NCBI GenBank assembly: GCA_049967475.1
Contig: JBMFSQ010000017.1
Coordinates: 1-64,000, forward strand
From: Chthonomonadales bacterium
GTDB lineage: Bacteria > Armatimonadota > Chthonomonadetes > Chthonomonadales > CAJBBX01
Length of the DNA: 64,000 bases
Direction of reading: 5' to 3'
The notes under the pieces were generated by a model, which saw nothing but the letters and a program-made list of their open reading frames with translations, was not told where the DNA came from and ran no database searches. A program made the position numbers and the translations under genes. Position 1 is the first letter of the stretch. Each line of letters begins with the position of its first letter. Positions 46,752 to 56,776 of this stretch are shown here, one piece after another.

Positions 46752-48788
46752 ATGAAAACCCATCGTCCCGCTCACTTCGTTTGGGCTGCCGGCCTCGCGG
46801 CTTTGGCTTACACCTCCGCGTGGGCCCAGGAAGACCCGTTCCAGGCGCTGAAGCACTACGACTTTCAGGACCGGCGCCCCTTTGTTGTTCTCTACAAAAT
46901 GGCCCAGGAAGCGCACTCGAACCGACCGCTGGCGGTACGCCTGGAAAGCGGCCTCATCGGAGTGCTCAAAGATCCCGGGGCTACCTATGCGGGTAAGCGG
47001 GAAGCTTGCCGCTTTCTGTGGATGGTGGGTACGGCCCGCTCGGTGCCGGTGCTGGCGCGGATGCTGGCCGATCCAAAGTTGGCCGATATGGCCCGGTACG
47101 GTTTGGAGCGAAACCCCGATCCGTCAGCAGGTGCGGCCCTCCGAAGCGCCTTGAGCCATGCCACCGGCACGATGCGCGTGGGGTTGATCAATTCGTTGGG
47201 CGACCGGCGGGACACGGCATCCACACCGATGCTGGCCCGATTGTGCCATGATCGCGATGGCCGTGTGGCCGAGGCGGCAATTGCCGCCCTGGGCAAGATC
47301 GCCACGCCCGCGGCGTACGCTGCCTTGAACCATCTGCCCCAGGACAACCTCGTTGTGGGCCAAGCCCGGCTCAGTTGTCTGCGCGCCATGATCGCCTCGG
47401 GACGCAGGCGGCAGGCGATCGGCGGCCTGATGCGCCTCACTGCTGCAGGGCAGCCGTGGGTGGTGCGCCTTGCCGCAGCAGAAGAACTCGTGAGAATGCG
47501 GGATCCCCACGCCGCCCAAGTCGCTTTCAGTTTGGTCAAAGCGCCGGAACCCCGCCTTCAGGTAGCCGCTGCACACCTTTGCGGTTCGCTCCCCGATGCA
47601 GCTTCCACCGATCATGCCATCCGCCTTGCCGGCTCACTGGGCCCATCTGCCCAGACGGCGTTGATTACAGCCTTGGCTGATCGGCACGTTGCCCGCGCCC
47701 TTCCGCTTGCATTGGAACTCACAAAGAGTGAGGACCCCGTGCTGCGTGTGGCCGCGATCCAGGCCGCAGGGCACATCGGCGGCAGGGCTGCGGTAGATCG
47801 CCTGGCGGCGATGATTGCTGCAGGGGTCGAGCGCGATGCCGCCCGCGAAGCTTTGGCCACCATGCGCGGCCCCGCGGCGGAAGCGGAACTGCTGCGGCTC
47901 GCCTCGGATGGTTCCCCCGATGTGCGCGCTGCACTGATGCCCGTTCTTGCTGAGCGACCGTCGGCAGGGGCGTTGCGCGCCATGCTGCGGGCAGCCTCAT
48001 CGGGTTCAGGACCTGTGGCGGTAGAGGCCCTTCGCGCATTGGGTAGAGTGGCGACCGGAGTTCAATACCCTGAGCTTGTGAAGGATCTGGTGAACGCCCG
48101 CAGTGACGACGCGCGCGACGCTGCCCAAACTGCTGTTGTGGCGACCGCCCAGCGCATGGCCGATCAGGATCGCGCCCTAGGGCCCCTCCTCGACGCATAC
48201 CCTTCGGCCTCACCCCAGGTTCAATCGGCGCTGTTGGGCGTAATGGCGCAGATTGGCGGCGAACGCGCCCTCCAGCAGATCACGCAAGCTACGGCATCAA
48301 CAAACGATGAGGTACGCCATGCGGCAGTGTCGGCCCTGGCGGACACGTGGCAGGATGTGCGCGCCCTGCCAACCCTTCTTCAGATCGCCCGGACGGATCC
48401 CCAGAAGGCGGTAAGGGTCCAAGCGCTCCGCGGATACCTCCGCTTGGTGGGCGAAGACCAAGGGGCTCCGCCCGCAGAACGGGTGCGCCGCATCAAGGAG
48501 GCTCTGGCCATTGCCGAACGCCCCGAGGAGAAGGTACAGGCGCTGAGCATTCTGCGGGACTGCCGCGTCCCCGAAGCCGCTTCAGTAGCTTCGGATCTCC
48601 TAAAGGACCGCGAAGTCGCCGCCGAGGCTGCCGACACCATCCTGGATCTGGCAGCTCGGCACAACCGCAACAACCGCAACCTTCCCGCCGTCACGGGAGA
48701 GCAGATGCGCGCCGCCCTTGCAGCATTGGCAGACCAAGCGCCTGACCCCCAACAGAAAGACGCCGCGCGCAAGCTGCTGAACCCATAA
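46752..48788 (+). CDS. Exported HEAT/PBS-lyase repeat protein
   Basis: Signal peptide; repeated Ala/Leu-rich helical units (VAEAAIAALGKI, LRVAAIQAAG, VRHAAVSALA). Confidence 0.85.
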   Translation: MKTHRPAHFVWAAGLAALAYTSAWAQEDPFQALKHYDFQDRRPFVVLYKMAQEAHSNRPLAVRLESGLIGVLKDPGATYAGKREACRFLWMVGTARSVPVLARMLADPKLADMARYGLERNPDPSAGAALRSALSHATGTMRVGLINSLGDRRDTASTPMLARLCHDRDGRVAEAAIAALGKIATPAAYAALNHLPQDNLVVGQARLSCLRAMIASGRRRQAIGGLMRLTAAGQPWVVRLAAAEELVRMRDPHAAQVAFSLVKAPEPRLQVAAAHLCGSLPDAASTDHAIRLAGSLGPSAQTALITALADRHVARALPLALELTKSEDPVLRVAAIQAAGHIGGRAAVDRLAAMIAAGVERDAAREALATMRGPAAEAELLRLASDGSPDVRAALMPVLAERPSAGALRAMLRAASSGSGPVAVEALRALGRVATGVQYPELVKDLVNARSDDARDAAQTAVVATAQRMADQDRALGPLLDAYPSASPQVQSALLGVMAQIGGERALQQITQATASTNDEVRHAAVSALADTWQDVRALPTLLQIARTDPQKAVRVQALRGYLRLVGEDQGAPPAERVRRIKEALAIAERPEEKVQALSILRDCRVPEAASVASDLLKDREVAAEAADTILDLAARHNRNNRNLPAVTGEQMRAALAALADQAPDPQQKDAARKLLNP

Positions 48789-48936
48789 CGCACTCACTTT
48801 CTTCCGCAGGGTCCGGCTGGTCCGCAGTGGCGCGCGGCAAGCCGGACCCAGGCTTATGCCCGTTGACGACCGGCAAGAGTGAGAATGAGGGGATGCCTAT
48901 TCAGCGGCTCTGCCGCAAACACAGTGGGGGTTTGGC

Positions 48937-51315
48937 ATGGAGGCATCAGTTTGGAGCTGTTCTCGCAGGAGCTTCTTGACTGCACTCATTGGAGCAGGGA
49001 TCACAGCAATGACCGATGAAAACGCGAACTCGGCCGCTGCCGTGCGTGACGTGCTGCGGCCCGCGCACTCCTCCGAGGTTCACGTGGGCGGTCACTTGGG
49101 CCGAATGATGGACCTGGATATCCGCAACCGTGTGATGGCCCAGGATATCCAGAAGCTGATCCAACCCTTCCGCGATCAAACAGAGATTGGGGATGGCGAT
49201 TGGCGATGCGAGTATTGGGGCAAGTGGTTCACGAGTGCCGTGCTGGCGTGCGAGTACCACCCCACGATACAGAACCGGCAGATTGTGGAGAGGGCGGTGC
49301 GCGAACTGTTGGCCACTCAAGGGCCCGACGGATACATCGGGACACGCCGGAAGCAGTACCGCCTGCTGGGATGGGATGTGTGGGGGCGCAAGTACGTTCT
49401 GCTGGGACTGCTGGCCTACTATGACCTTGCCAAAGATGCCAGAGTGCTCGCCGCCGCTCGCCGCCACGCCGACACCCTCCTGGCTGAGTGCGGTCCTGGC
49501 AAGGCCAACATCGCGGAAGTAGGGTATGCCGGCTGGAAGGGGCTGCCGCCCAGTTCTGTGTTGGAGCCCATGGTCCTGCTGTACCGTAGAACCCACGATC
49601 CCCGTTACCTGGCCTTTGCCCGTTACATCGTAGCGCAGTGGTCCAAACCCAGCAAATTAAGCCCCAACGGATTGCGGCTCGTGGAACAGGCGCTGAGCCG
49701 GACGCCGGTGCGGCAGATTGATGCCCCCAAGGCATACGAGATGATGTCTTGCTACGAGGGCCTCTGCGAGCTCTACCGGGTCATCGGGGATCCGGCGTAT
49801 CTCACAGCATTACGAAACATCGCCGCAAACATCATCCATGATGAGCTCTTCATCGTAGGCTCGGGCTCGAGCCGCGAAGTGTGGTTCGGCGGGCGCACAA
49901 AGCAGCTCGAGGATAATCCGGACCCCATGGAGACGTGCGTTACCGTAACATGGATGAAGCTCTGCTACCAATTGCTGCGCCTTACGGGGGATCCGCTCTA
50001 TGCGGACCAAATGGAGACGAGTTTGTACAATGCGCTGTTGGGCGCCCTCAAGCCCGACGGTTCATGGTGGTGCTACTACACTCCCCTCCGTGGAACCAAG
50101 CGCCCCAGCCACGTGCAGCACGCCGACGTTGGGCTGAGCTGTTGCGTCACCAACGGACCTAGGGCGCTCCTGCTGACGCCCCGGTGGGCTGTGATGACTG
50201 GGGGGAACGCTGTGGTGGTGAACCTGTTCTGCCCCATGACGGCCGCCGTGTCCCTCCCGTCGGGTAATCGCGTAACCATTGTGCAGGACACGCGGTACCC
50301 CGAGACCGGCCGCGTGCGCATCACGGTGTCGCCGGAGCATCCCGAGGAGTTCTCCCTTCGGCTGCGCATCCCAGCTTGGAGCGAAAAGACGGTTCTACGT
50401 GTGAATGGCGGAACTCCGAGGGCGCAAGTTCCCGCAGGCGCCTATGCGCCCATCACGCGAACCTGGGCCAAAGGCGACGTGGTACTTCTGGATCTGGATA
50501 TGCGCGGCAGAGTAGTCAAGGATCCGGCCGGCAGTTCCGCAGTGGCCGTGATGAGGGGGCCGATCGTTCTTGCCTGGGACCAGCGGTTGGGCGCGCCGGA
50601 AGGTCAAAACCTGGTTTTGCGGCAGGACGCTGCAGGTCGCATCGCTCTGCGCGCCGCCAAACCACCCGTCGGCGAGGATATCTGGATGGTGTTTACCGCC
50701 CCATGTACGGATGCAGCGGGGAAAGAGGTAGAACTGGCTCTTTGCGACTATGCATCCGCCGGGGACACGTGGGATGCACGCTCGCGCTTCAGGGTATGGT
50801 TGGAGCAGCCTCTGAACTTGGCGGCGGCGCCGGGATTGGATGCCGCGCAGTGGATTTGGTTCCCAGGAGATCCCGGCGACCCCAGGCAGGAAGTTCCCTC
50901 GGGCACCCGGTATTTCCGGGCCGCCTGGCACGGGCTGGACGAACGTGTGGAAGAGGCGGTAATCCGCATCACCGCCGATGACGCTTTCGTGCTTTACGTG
51001 AACGGTGTCGAGATCGGCCGTGGAGATGCCTGGCAGCAGGCGCACACATTCCAGATCGGCAGCGTCCTCAGACCCGGCGCCAATGTCATCGCTGTGGAGG
51101 TTACCAACTCGACGCCTTCGCCGGCCGGTCTGGTTGCCGCGGCGGAAGCCCGGATGCCGGATGGAAGGGTCCAGCGGTTCGTAACGGATGGCGCGTGGAA
51201 ATCTTCCTCCACACCTACGGAGGGGTGGGCTAAAGCAGACTTTGACGACGCGGCCTGGGCCCCAGCAAAAATCGTTGGATCTTTCGGTTGTTCCCCGTGG
51301 GGATACGTGGAATAA
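48937..51315 (+). CDS. GH127-like glycosidase, Tat substrate, with C-terminal CBM-like jelly-roll
   Basis: SRRSFL signal; [25 protein letters not shown] and SCCVTNG motifs; C-terminal [19 protein letters not shown]. Confidence 0.85.
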   Translation: MEASVWSCSRRSFLTALIGAGITAMTDENANSAAAVRDVLRPAHSSEVHVGGHLGRMMDLDIRNRVMAQDIQKLIQPFRDQTEIGDGDWRCEYWGKWFTSAVLACEYHPTIQNRQIVERAVRELLATQGPDGYIGTRRKQYRLLGWDVWGRKYVLLGLLAYYDLAKDARVLAAARRHADTLLAECGPGKANIAEVGYAGWKGLPPSSVLEPMVLLYRRTHDPRYLAFARYIVAQWSKPSKLSPNGLRLVEQALSRTPVRQIDAPKAYEMMSCYEGLCELYRVIGDPAYLTALRNIAANIIHDELFIVGSGSSREVWFGGRTKQLEDNPDPMETCVTVTWMKLCYQLLRLTGDPLYADQMETSLYNALLGALKPDGSWWCYYTPLRGTKRPSHVQHADVGLSCCVTNGPRALLLTPRWAVMTGGNAVVVNLFCPMTAAVSLPSGNRVTIVQDTRYPETGRVRITVSPEHPEEFSLRLRIPAWSEKTVLRVNGGTPRAQVPAGAYAPITRTWAKGDVVLLDLDMRGRVVKDPAGSSAVAVMRGPIVLAWDQRLGAPEGQNLVLRQDAAGRIALRAAKPPVGEDIWMVFTAPCTDAAGKEVELALCDYASAGDTWDARSRFRVWLEQPLNLAAAPGLDAAQWIWFPGDPGDPRQEVPSGTRYFRAAWHGLDERVEEAVIRITADDAFVLYVNGVEIGRGDAWQQAHTFQIGSVLRPGANVIAVEVTNSTPSPAGLVAAAEARMPDGRVQRFVTDGAWKSSSTPTEGWAKADFDDAAWAPAKIVGSFGCSPWGYVE

Positions 51316-51370
51316 CTGTAGGGCTGCACCGGCGCGCGAAGGCTGGGCACTCATCGCCAAGGAGGGATCT

Positions 51371-52687
51371 ATGCGTCGCATCTGTGTGATTGGAGCAGGC
51401 TATGTGGGATTGGTGACGGGAACCTGCTTCGCCGATCTGGGCAATCAGGTTACCTGTTTGGACGTGTCCGAGGAGCGCGTGGAAGCTCTCAGACGCGGCG
51501 AGATGCCCATCTACGAACCCGGACTGGAAGAGCTTGTGGTGCGCAATACCGCAGCAGGCCGGTTGACCTTTACGTGCGACTACAGCGAAGGCGTCCCAGG
51601 AGCGGATTTCATCTTTATCGCCGTCGGTACACCCTCTGGAGTGGATGGCGAGGCGGATCTGAAATACGTGCGGCTCGCCGCCGAGAACATCGCCGACGCT
51701 CTGACGCACTATGCCATCATCATCAACAAGAGCACGGTTCCCGTGGGAACCGGCGACTCCGTAGCCGAGATCCTGATCACCAAGGGCAAGAAGCCCGGCG
51801 AAGATTTCGACGTGGTGTCCAACCCCGAATTTCTTCAGGAAGGCTCCGCAGTTCATAATTTTCAGCAGCCGGACCGCGTGGTTCTTGGAGCATCATGCCG
51901 CGAGGCCGCCGAGAAGGTAGCTCAACTTTACCTGCCCTTGCGCGCATCCATCATGATCACCGATTTGCGCACTGCCGAAATGATCAAGTATGCGTCCAAC
52001 GCGTTCCTCGCCACGCGCATCTCCTTCATCAACGAGATCGCGGCGATCTGCGAGAAGCTCGGCGCAGATGTGAAGGAAGTTGCCGAAGGGATGGGGATGG
52101 ACAAGCGCATCGGCAAAGCCTTCCTCGAGGCCGGCATCGGCTTCGGGGGCTCGTGCTTCCCCAAAGACGTGAAGGCTCTTACGTGGATGGCCGAGACCAA
52201 CGGATGCCATCCGCAGCTCCTTCGCGCCGTGATGGAGATCAATCGCGACCAGCGGCTGCAGGTTCTTACCAAGCTCAAAGAACTGCTCGGTTCCGTTCGC
52301 GGACGAACCATCGGCGTTTGGGGCCTCGCCTTCAAGCCCAATACCGACGATGTCCGCGACGCGCCTGCTCTGGACATTATCCGCATCCTCCAGAACGAAG
52401 GAGCGTGCATTAGGGCCTACGACCCGGTGGCGATGGAGAATGCGAAGCGCATCCTCAGGGAGGTTACTTTCTGTCGCGACGCGTATTCTGCAGCAGAGGG
52501 GTGCGATGCGCTCGTACTGGCTGTAGAATGGAACGAGTTCAAGCAATTGGACATGGCCCGCGTCGCCTCAGTTATGAAGCGGCCGGTGCTCGTGGACGGC
52601 CGCAACGTATATCAACCCCAACACATGTCGGCCCTCGGTTTTGCCTACCGGGGAGTGGGACGAGGGTACGCTCCTCCGCCCGCGTAG
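51371..52687 (+). CDS. ugd: UDP-glucose 6-dehydrogenase
   Basis: [31 protein letters not shown] and FKPNTDD motifs; RBS AGGAGG. Confidence 0.95.
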   Translation: MRRICVIGAGYVGLVTGTCFADLGNQVTCLDVSEERVEALRRGEMPIYEPGLEELVVRNTAAGRLTFTCDYSEGVPGADFIFIAVGTPSGVDGEADLKYVRLAAENIADALTHYAIIINKSTVPVGTGDSVAEILITKGKKPGEDFDVVSNPEFLQEGSAVHNFQQPDRVVLGASCREAAEKVAQLYLPLRASIMITDLRTAEMIKYASNAFLATRISFINEIAAICEKLGADVKEVAEGMGMDKRIGKAFLEAGIGFGGSCFPKDVKALTWMAETNGCHPQLLRAVMEINRDQRLQVLTKLKELLGSVRGRTIGVWGLAFKPNTDDVRDAPALDIIRILQNEGACIRAYDPVAMENAKRILREVTFCRDAYSAAEGCDALVLAVEWNEFKQLDMARVASVMKRPVLVDGRNVYQPQHMSALGFAYRGVGRGYAPPPA

Positions 52688-52736
52688 GAGTTTGCGCTGG
52701 CGCCAGGACGATCCGCTCGTATTCGGAGGAGGAGAA

Positions 52737-53954
52737 ATGACGCCACGCGAACGCGTTCTCAATGCTCTGAACTTTATAGAGGTGCACCCGGTTCCAAGAG
52801 ACCTGGGTGCGATGAAGTCTACAGGGATCAGCGCCTTCGCTTACCCGCGCCTGGTTGAAGCCCTTGGTCTGCCGCCCCGCCGCCCGCGCGTGCACGACAC
52901 CGGCCAGATGCTCGCGCTTCCGGATCTGGATGTGCTGGATGCCCTGGGTTGTGATGTGGTGACGATTGACGGAGGCGTCACGAACGCCTTCGACGAGCCC
53001 GAGAAGTGGCGCGAATACGACTTCAACGGCCGATTGCCCGCCCTGGTTCAGTACCCGGAAGCCTTCGAGAACCGGCCCGACGGATCCATCGTGCAGTGGG
53101 GAAACACGGTTATGCCCCCCACATCCTATGTGTTCAACGCCGAACACAGTGGTCAACCCCTTCTCGATCTTGACGCTCCCCTTCCCCTATTGGATCTGAA
53201 GCAGTACGAGAAGGATCTTGACCGGCAGAGGGTAACGGACGAGCAGGTGAAGGCCACGGCGGACCTTGCACGCCGCGTCCGCTCCTCCACCGACCGGGCT
53301 GTTTTCTTTACCGATTGGTGCAGCGCCGGCATCGGCATCGGCAACTTCTGCGGCATCGGCATCTTTCCCATCATCTGCAAGTTGGAACCCCAGTACGTGC
53401 ACGACTTGCACGGCATCACCATCGAACATGCTCTCTACAACGTGCGTGCCGTCTTGCCCGAGGTACGCGGCAATGTAGATATCATCATGACGACTGCCGA
53501 CGACTGGGGCACACAGAATACCCTCATTGCATCTCCCAATACCTACCGAGAGCTCTTTCTGCCTTATTACCGGCGCCTGAATGACGAGATCCACCGCCTC
53601 ATTCCCGGCGTCAAGATCTTCATGCACAACTGCGGCGCCATCTACGATCTGCTGGACTTGGTGGTGGAGAGCGGCTTCGATATCGTGAACCCCATCCAGT
53701 GGCCTGCCGGCGGGCATAGCTATCGTGAATGGAAGGACCGCCTCCGCAACCGCGCTGCCATGTGGGGAGGCGGGTTGGACACGCAGCACACGCTCTCTCT
53801 TGGTTCCGTCGAGGATGTAGAGCGCCAGGTGCGCGAGGTAGTGGCCTATTGCAGCCGGGACGGCGGATACGTTTTCAACAACATCCACAACCTCCTAGCC
53901 GAGGTTCCTCCCGAGAAGATCATCGCCATGTACCGTGCCGCTGCCGAGGTTTGA
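52737..53954 (+). CDS. Uroporphyrinogen decarboxylase / MtaA-CmuA family protein
   Basis: MTPRERV, DDWGTQ, MHNCG, WGGGLDTQ and GGYVF..IHN motifs; RBS GGAGGAG. Confidence 0.85.
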   Translation: MTPRERVLNALNFIEVHPVPRDLGAMKSTGISAFAYPRLVEALGLPPRRPRVHDTGQMLALPDLDVLDALGCDVVTIDGGVTNAFDEPEKWREYDFNGRLPALVQYPEAFENRPDGSIVQWGNTVMPPTSYVFNAEHSGQPLLDLDAPLPLLDLKQYEKDLDRQRVTDEQVKATADLARRVRSSTDRAVFFTDWCSAGIGIGNFCGIGIFPIICKLEPQYVHDLHGITIEHALYNVRAVLPEVRGNVDIIMTTADDWGTQNTLIASPNTYRELFLPYYRRLNDEIHRLIPGVKIFMHNCGAIYDLLDLVVESGFDIVNPIQWPAGGHSYREWKDRLRNRAAMWGGGLDTQHTLSLGSVEDVERQVREVVAYCSRDGGYVFNNIHNLLAEVPPEKIIAMYRAAAEV

Positions 53955-54080
53955 CCTACCAAGCCTGTGGCGCGGCATCCAAGATTGGGGGGAGGTTTGG
54001 GGGCGCATGGCGGCGAACCTGCCTTGGAAGGATAGCGCCTAGGCGCCCGCCTGCGCTCATACCGCATCAAGGAGGTTGCC

Positions 54081-54827
54081 ATGCAGAAGAACCTGGGATA
54101 CGATGACACGCCGGTGCTGCCCGGAATTGGATACCGCGTGCACGACGGCACCCGCCCTCAACCGAGAGTGGTGCAGCCCGGCACGCCGAGTACTCAAGAT
54201 GCGCCGGGTAAGCCTCCATCGGACGCTGTGATCCTTTTCGACGGAAGCAGCCTCGAAGGGTGGTTGTCTGTCGGCGGCGGACCTGCGCGCTGGAAGGTTG
54301 AAAACGGGTACATGGAGGTGGTTCCGGGAACCGGTGATATCGAAACGAAGGAGCACTTTGGCGATTGCCAGCTCCACCTGGAGTGGGCGGCGCCTACCGT
54401 CATCAAGGGTGAGAGCCAAGGGCGGGGCAATAGCGGCGTTTTTTTGATGGGCCGCTATGAAATCCAGGTGCTGGATTGCTACGACAACCCCACCTATCCC
54501 GACGGAACCACTGCCGCCATATACGGTCAATATCCACCCCTCGTGAACGCCTGCCGCAAACCCGGTGAGTGGCAGACCTACGACATCATCTGGGAGGCGC
54601 CACGCTTCGAGGGAGACCGTGTGGTGCGGGAAGCGCGCGTTACCGTTTTGCACAACGGTGTCGTCGTGCACCACGCCACCAGCCTTCTGGGTCCGACGCA
54701 GCATCGCCAGCTTCCTCACTATGAGCCGCATCCTCCCATCGGCCCGCTTCGCCTGCAGGATCACGGTGATCTGGTGCGCTTCCGCAACATCTGGTACCGT
54801 CCCCTCAAGGGATACGACCAGCCCTAG
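54081..54827 (+). CDS. DUF1080 (3-keto-glycoside hydrolase/lyase family) protein
   Basis: LFDG, GNSGVF, YEIQVLD, GEWQTYDI, HNGVVV and LQDHG..VRFRNIW motifs. Confidence 0.92.
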   Translation: MQKNLGYDDTPVLPGIGYRVHDGTRPQPRVVQPGTPSTQDAPGKPPSDAVILFDGSSLEGWLSVGGGPARWKVENGYMEVVPGTGDIETKEHFGDCQLHLEWAAPTVIKGESQGRGNSGVFLMGRYEIQVLDCYDNPTYPDGTTAAIYGQYPPLVNACRKPGEWQTYDIIWEAPRFEGDRVVREARVTVLHNGVVVHHATSLLGPTQHRQLPHYEPHPPIGPLRLQDHGDLVRFRNIWYRPLKGYDQP

Positions 54828-54833
54828 GACCAA

Positions 54834-54876
54834 CGGCCCCTGCCCAACAAACTTCGGGTAGGGGCCGCGCACTTTT
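54834..54876 (+). terminator. Intergenic hairpin (terminator or mRNA stabiliser)
   Basis: CGGCCCCTGCCC-10nt-GGGTAGGGGCCG, then CGCACTTTT. Confidence 0.45.
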
Positions 54877-54891
54877 GGGAGTGTCGCCGAA

Positions 54892-55581
54892 ATGAGTGAC
54901 CTGTGCGCTGCAATCGCTGCCATGGTGGACCATTCGCTCCTCGATCCCACCCTTACCGATGAAGCCCTGGACGAAGGCTGCAATGTCGCGCGGCGCCTGA
55001 AGGTGGCCAGCGTGTGCATCAAACCCTACGCTGTCAAGCGGTGCGCAGGCATCCTCGAGGGATCGGGCGTTCGCCCAAGCACCGTCATTGGGTTTCCGCA
55101 TGGGAGCCACTCCACGAGCGCCAAAGTCGCCGAGGCACGCATCGCGTTGGACGATGGGGCCGGCGAATTGGATATGGTGGTCAATATCGGAAAGGTGCTC
55201 TCTCGAGACTGGGACTACGTCCGAAGCGAGATCGCTGCTGTGGTCGCCGAGGCCCATGCCCGAGGAGGCCTTGTAAAGGTGATCTTCGAGAACTGCTACC
55301 TAACGGATTACCATAAGGAGCGCCTCTGTGAAATGAGCGGCGAAGCCGGGGCGGATTTCATCAAGACGTCTACCGGTTTTGGCCCAGGCGGTGCAACGCT
55401 CCATGACCTCAAACTGATGCTGGAGCACGCGCCCCCAGGAGTTAAGGTCAAGGCCGCAGGCGGCATCCGAACGCTGGATCAATTGCTGGAGGTGCGCAAT
55501 CTAGGTGTGGCACGCGTAGGTGCTTCCCGCACGGAGGAGATCCTTCAAGAGTGCCGCCGCCGATTTGGGGCTGGACAATGA
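54892..55581 (+). CDS. deoC: Deoxyribose-phosphate aldolase
   Basis: DHSLL, TVIGFPHG, ELDMVVN, KVIFE, FIKTSTGF and VKAAGGIR motifs. Confidence 0.93.
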   Translation: MSDLCAAIAAMVDHSLLDPTLTDEALDEGCNVARRLKVASVCIKPYAVKRCAGILEGSGVRPSTVIGFPHGSHSTSAKVAEARIALDDGAGELDMVVNIGKVLSRDWDYVRSEIAAVVAEAHARGGLVKVIFENCYLTDYHKERLCEMSGEAGADFIKTSTGFGPGGATLHDLKLMLEHAPPGVKVKAAGGIRTLDQLLEVRNLGVARVGASRTEEILQECRRRFGAGQ

Positions 55582-55616
55582 ACCTTCTCCAGCCGATATT
55601 AACGTGGAGGTACCTG

Positions 55617-56756
55617 ATGAGATTGCTGGGCAGGCTATCACTCAGTGCGCTGGCGGCAGCTTGGATGGCGCTTGTGTTGCCGGCCGGTTGTCGGACCGCG
55701 GCCGCGCCTCGCGCCGGAGTGCTGCAAACATCCCCGATCCTTTTCGGGCCTTGGATCCGGGCGACATCCCATGCGCCGGTGGTGGTGTCGTGGTACGCGT
55801 CCACAGCGCAACCGGGCAAAGTGGAATATGAGCGCGCCGATAGCCGGAAGAGTGCTTTGGCCTCTGCAGAAGACCCGGCAGTGACGCAGGAGCACCACGT
55901 GCGGCTGGCCGGGTTGAAGGCCGGAACTGCGTACCGATACAGGATCGAAATAGGAGGCTGGCGCTCTTCCTGGTACACGTTCTACACGGCTCCCGCGCCG
56001 GGGAAGCCATTCCGCTTTGTAGTCTACGGCGATACCAGATCCCAGCCGCGCGTACACGCCCAGGTAATTCAGCGCATCCTGCACTTTCGCCCTGAACTCG
56101 TGGTGCATACGGGAGATCTGGTTGCCGACGGGCGCGACGAGGCGGTGTGGTCCGACTTCTGGCGGGTGGTGGAGCCGCTCACATCCGGCATCTCATTCCT
56201 GCCTGCTCTTGGCAATCATGAGCGCAACGCACGATGGTACTACACCTTCTTTGGACCAGCCCGGGACTATTCCTTCGATTACGGGAACGTCCATTTCAGT
56301 GTTTTGGACACGAACCGCCCGCCTTCGGAATACGAGGCCCAGGAACAGTGGCTCAAGGAGGATCTCACCCGCAGCAGCCGTCAAGCATGGCACGTATTGA
56401 TCTGCCACCACACTCCCGTTACCTGCATCGCTGAAGATCGGCGGCGGGTAGCTGCAGAGCGTCTTCTGGCTCGGCTCGAGCCCATCCTGAAGAACGGCCA
56501 CGTGCAGGTAGTATTCAGCGGACATGACCACAACTACCAGCGCCACGAGGTCCACGGCATCACCTACGTTGTGACGGGGGGCGGCGGAGCGCCGCTATAC
56601 GATGTACGCCCCGACACTCCGTACGTGAAGGTCGCCAAGAAGGCATACAACGAGTGTGAGATCCAGCTCTCCGGCCACATGATGCACGTGCGGGCCGTTG
56701 AGCCCGATGGAACGCTGATTGACGAGTTCACTCTTCGGGATTTCTCTGCTCACTGA
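55617..56756 (+). CDS. Purple acid phosphatase-like metallophosphoesterase with FN3-like N-domain (lipoprotein)
   Basis: Lipobox-like PAGC; YGD, HTGDLV, GNHE, HH and SGHDH motifs. ATG at 55617 with GGAGG (alternative 55578). Confidence 0.9.
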   Translation: MRLLGRLSLSALAAAWMALVLPAGCRTAAAPRAGVLQTSPILFGPWIRATSHAPVVVSWYASTAQPGKVEYERADSRKSALASAEDPAVTQEHHVRLAGLKAGTAYRYRIEIGGWRSSWYTFYTAPAPGKPFRFVVYGDTRSQPRVHAQVIQRILHFRPELVVHTGDLVADGRDEAVWSDFWRVVEPLTSGISFLPALGNHERNARWYYTFFGPARDYSFDYGNVHFSVLDTNRPPSEYEAQEQWLKEDLTRSSRQAWHVLICHHTPVTCIAEDRRRVAAERLLARLEPILKNGHVQVVFSGHDHNYQRHEVHGITYVVTGGGGAPLYDVRPDTPYVKVAKKAYNECEIQLSGHMMHVRAVEPDGTLIDEFTLRDFSAH

Positions 56757-56776
56757 AGGGATCTGCGTAGTCTCGA

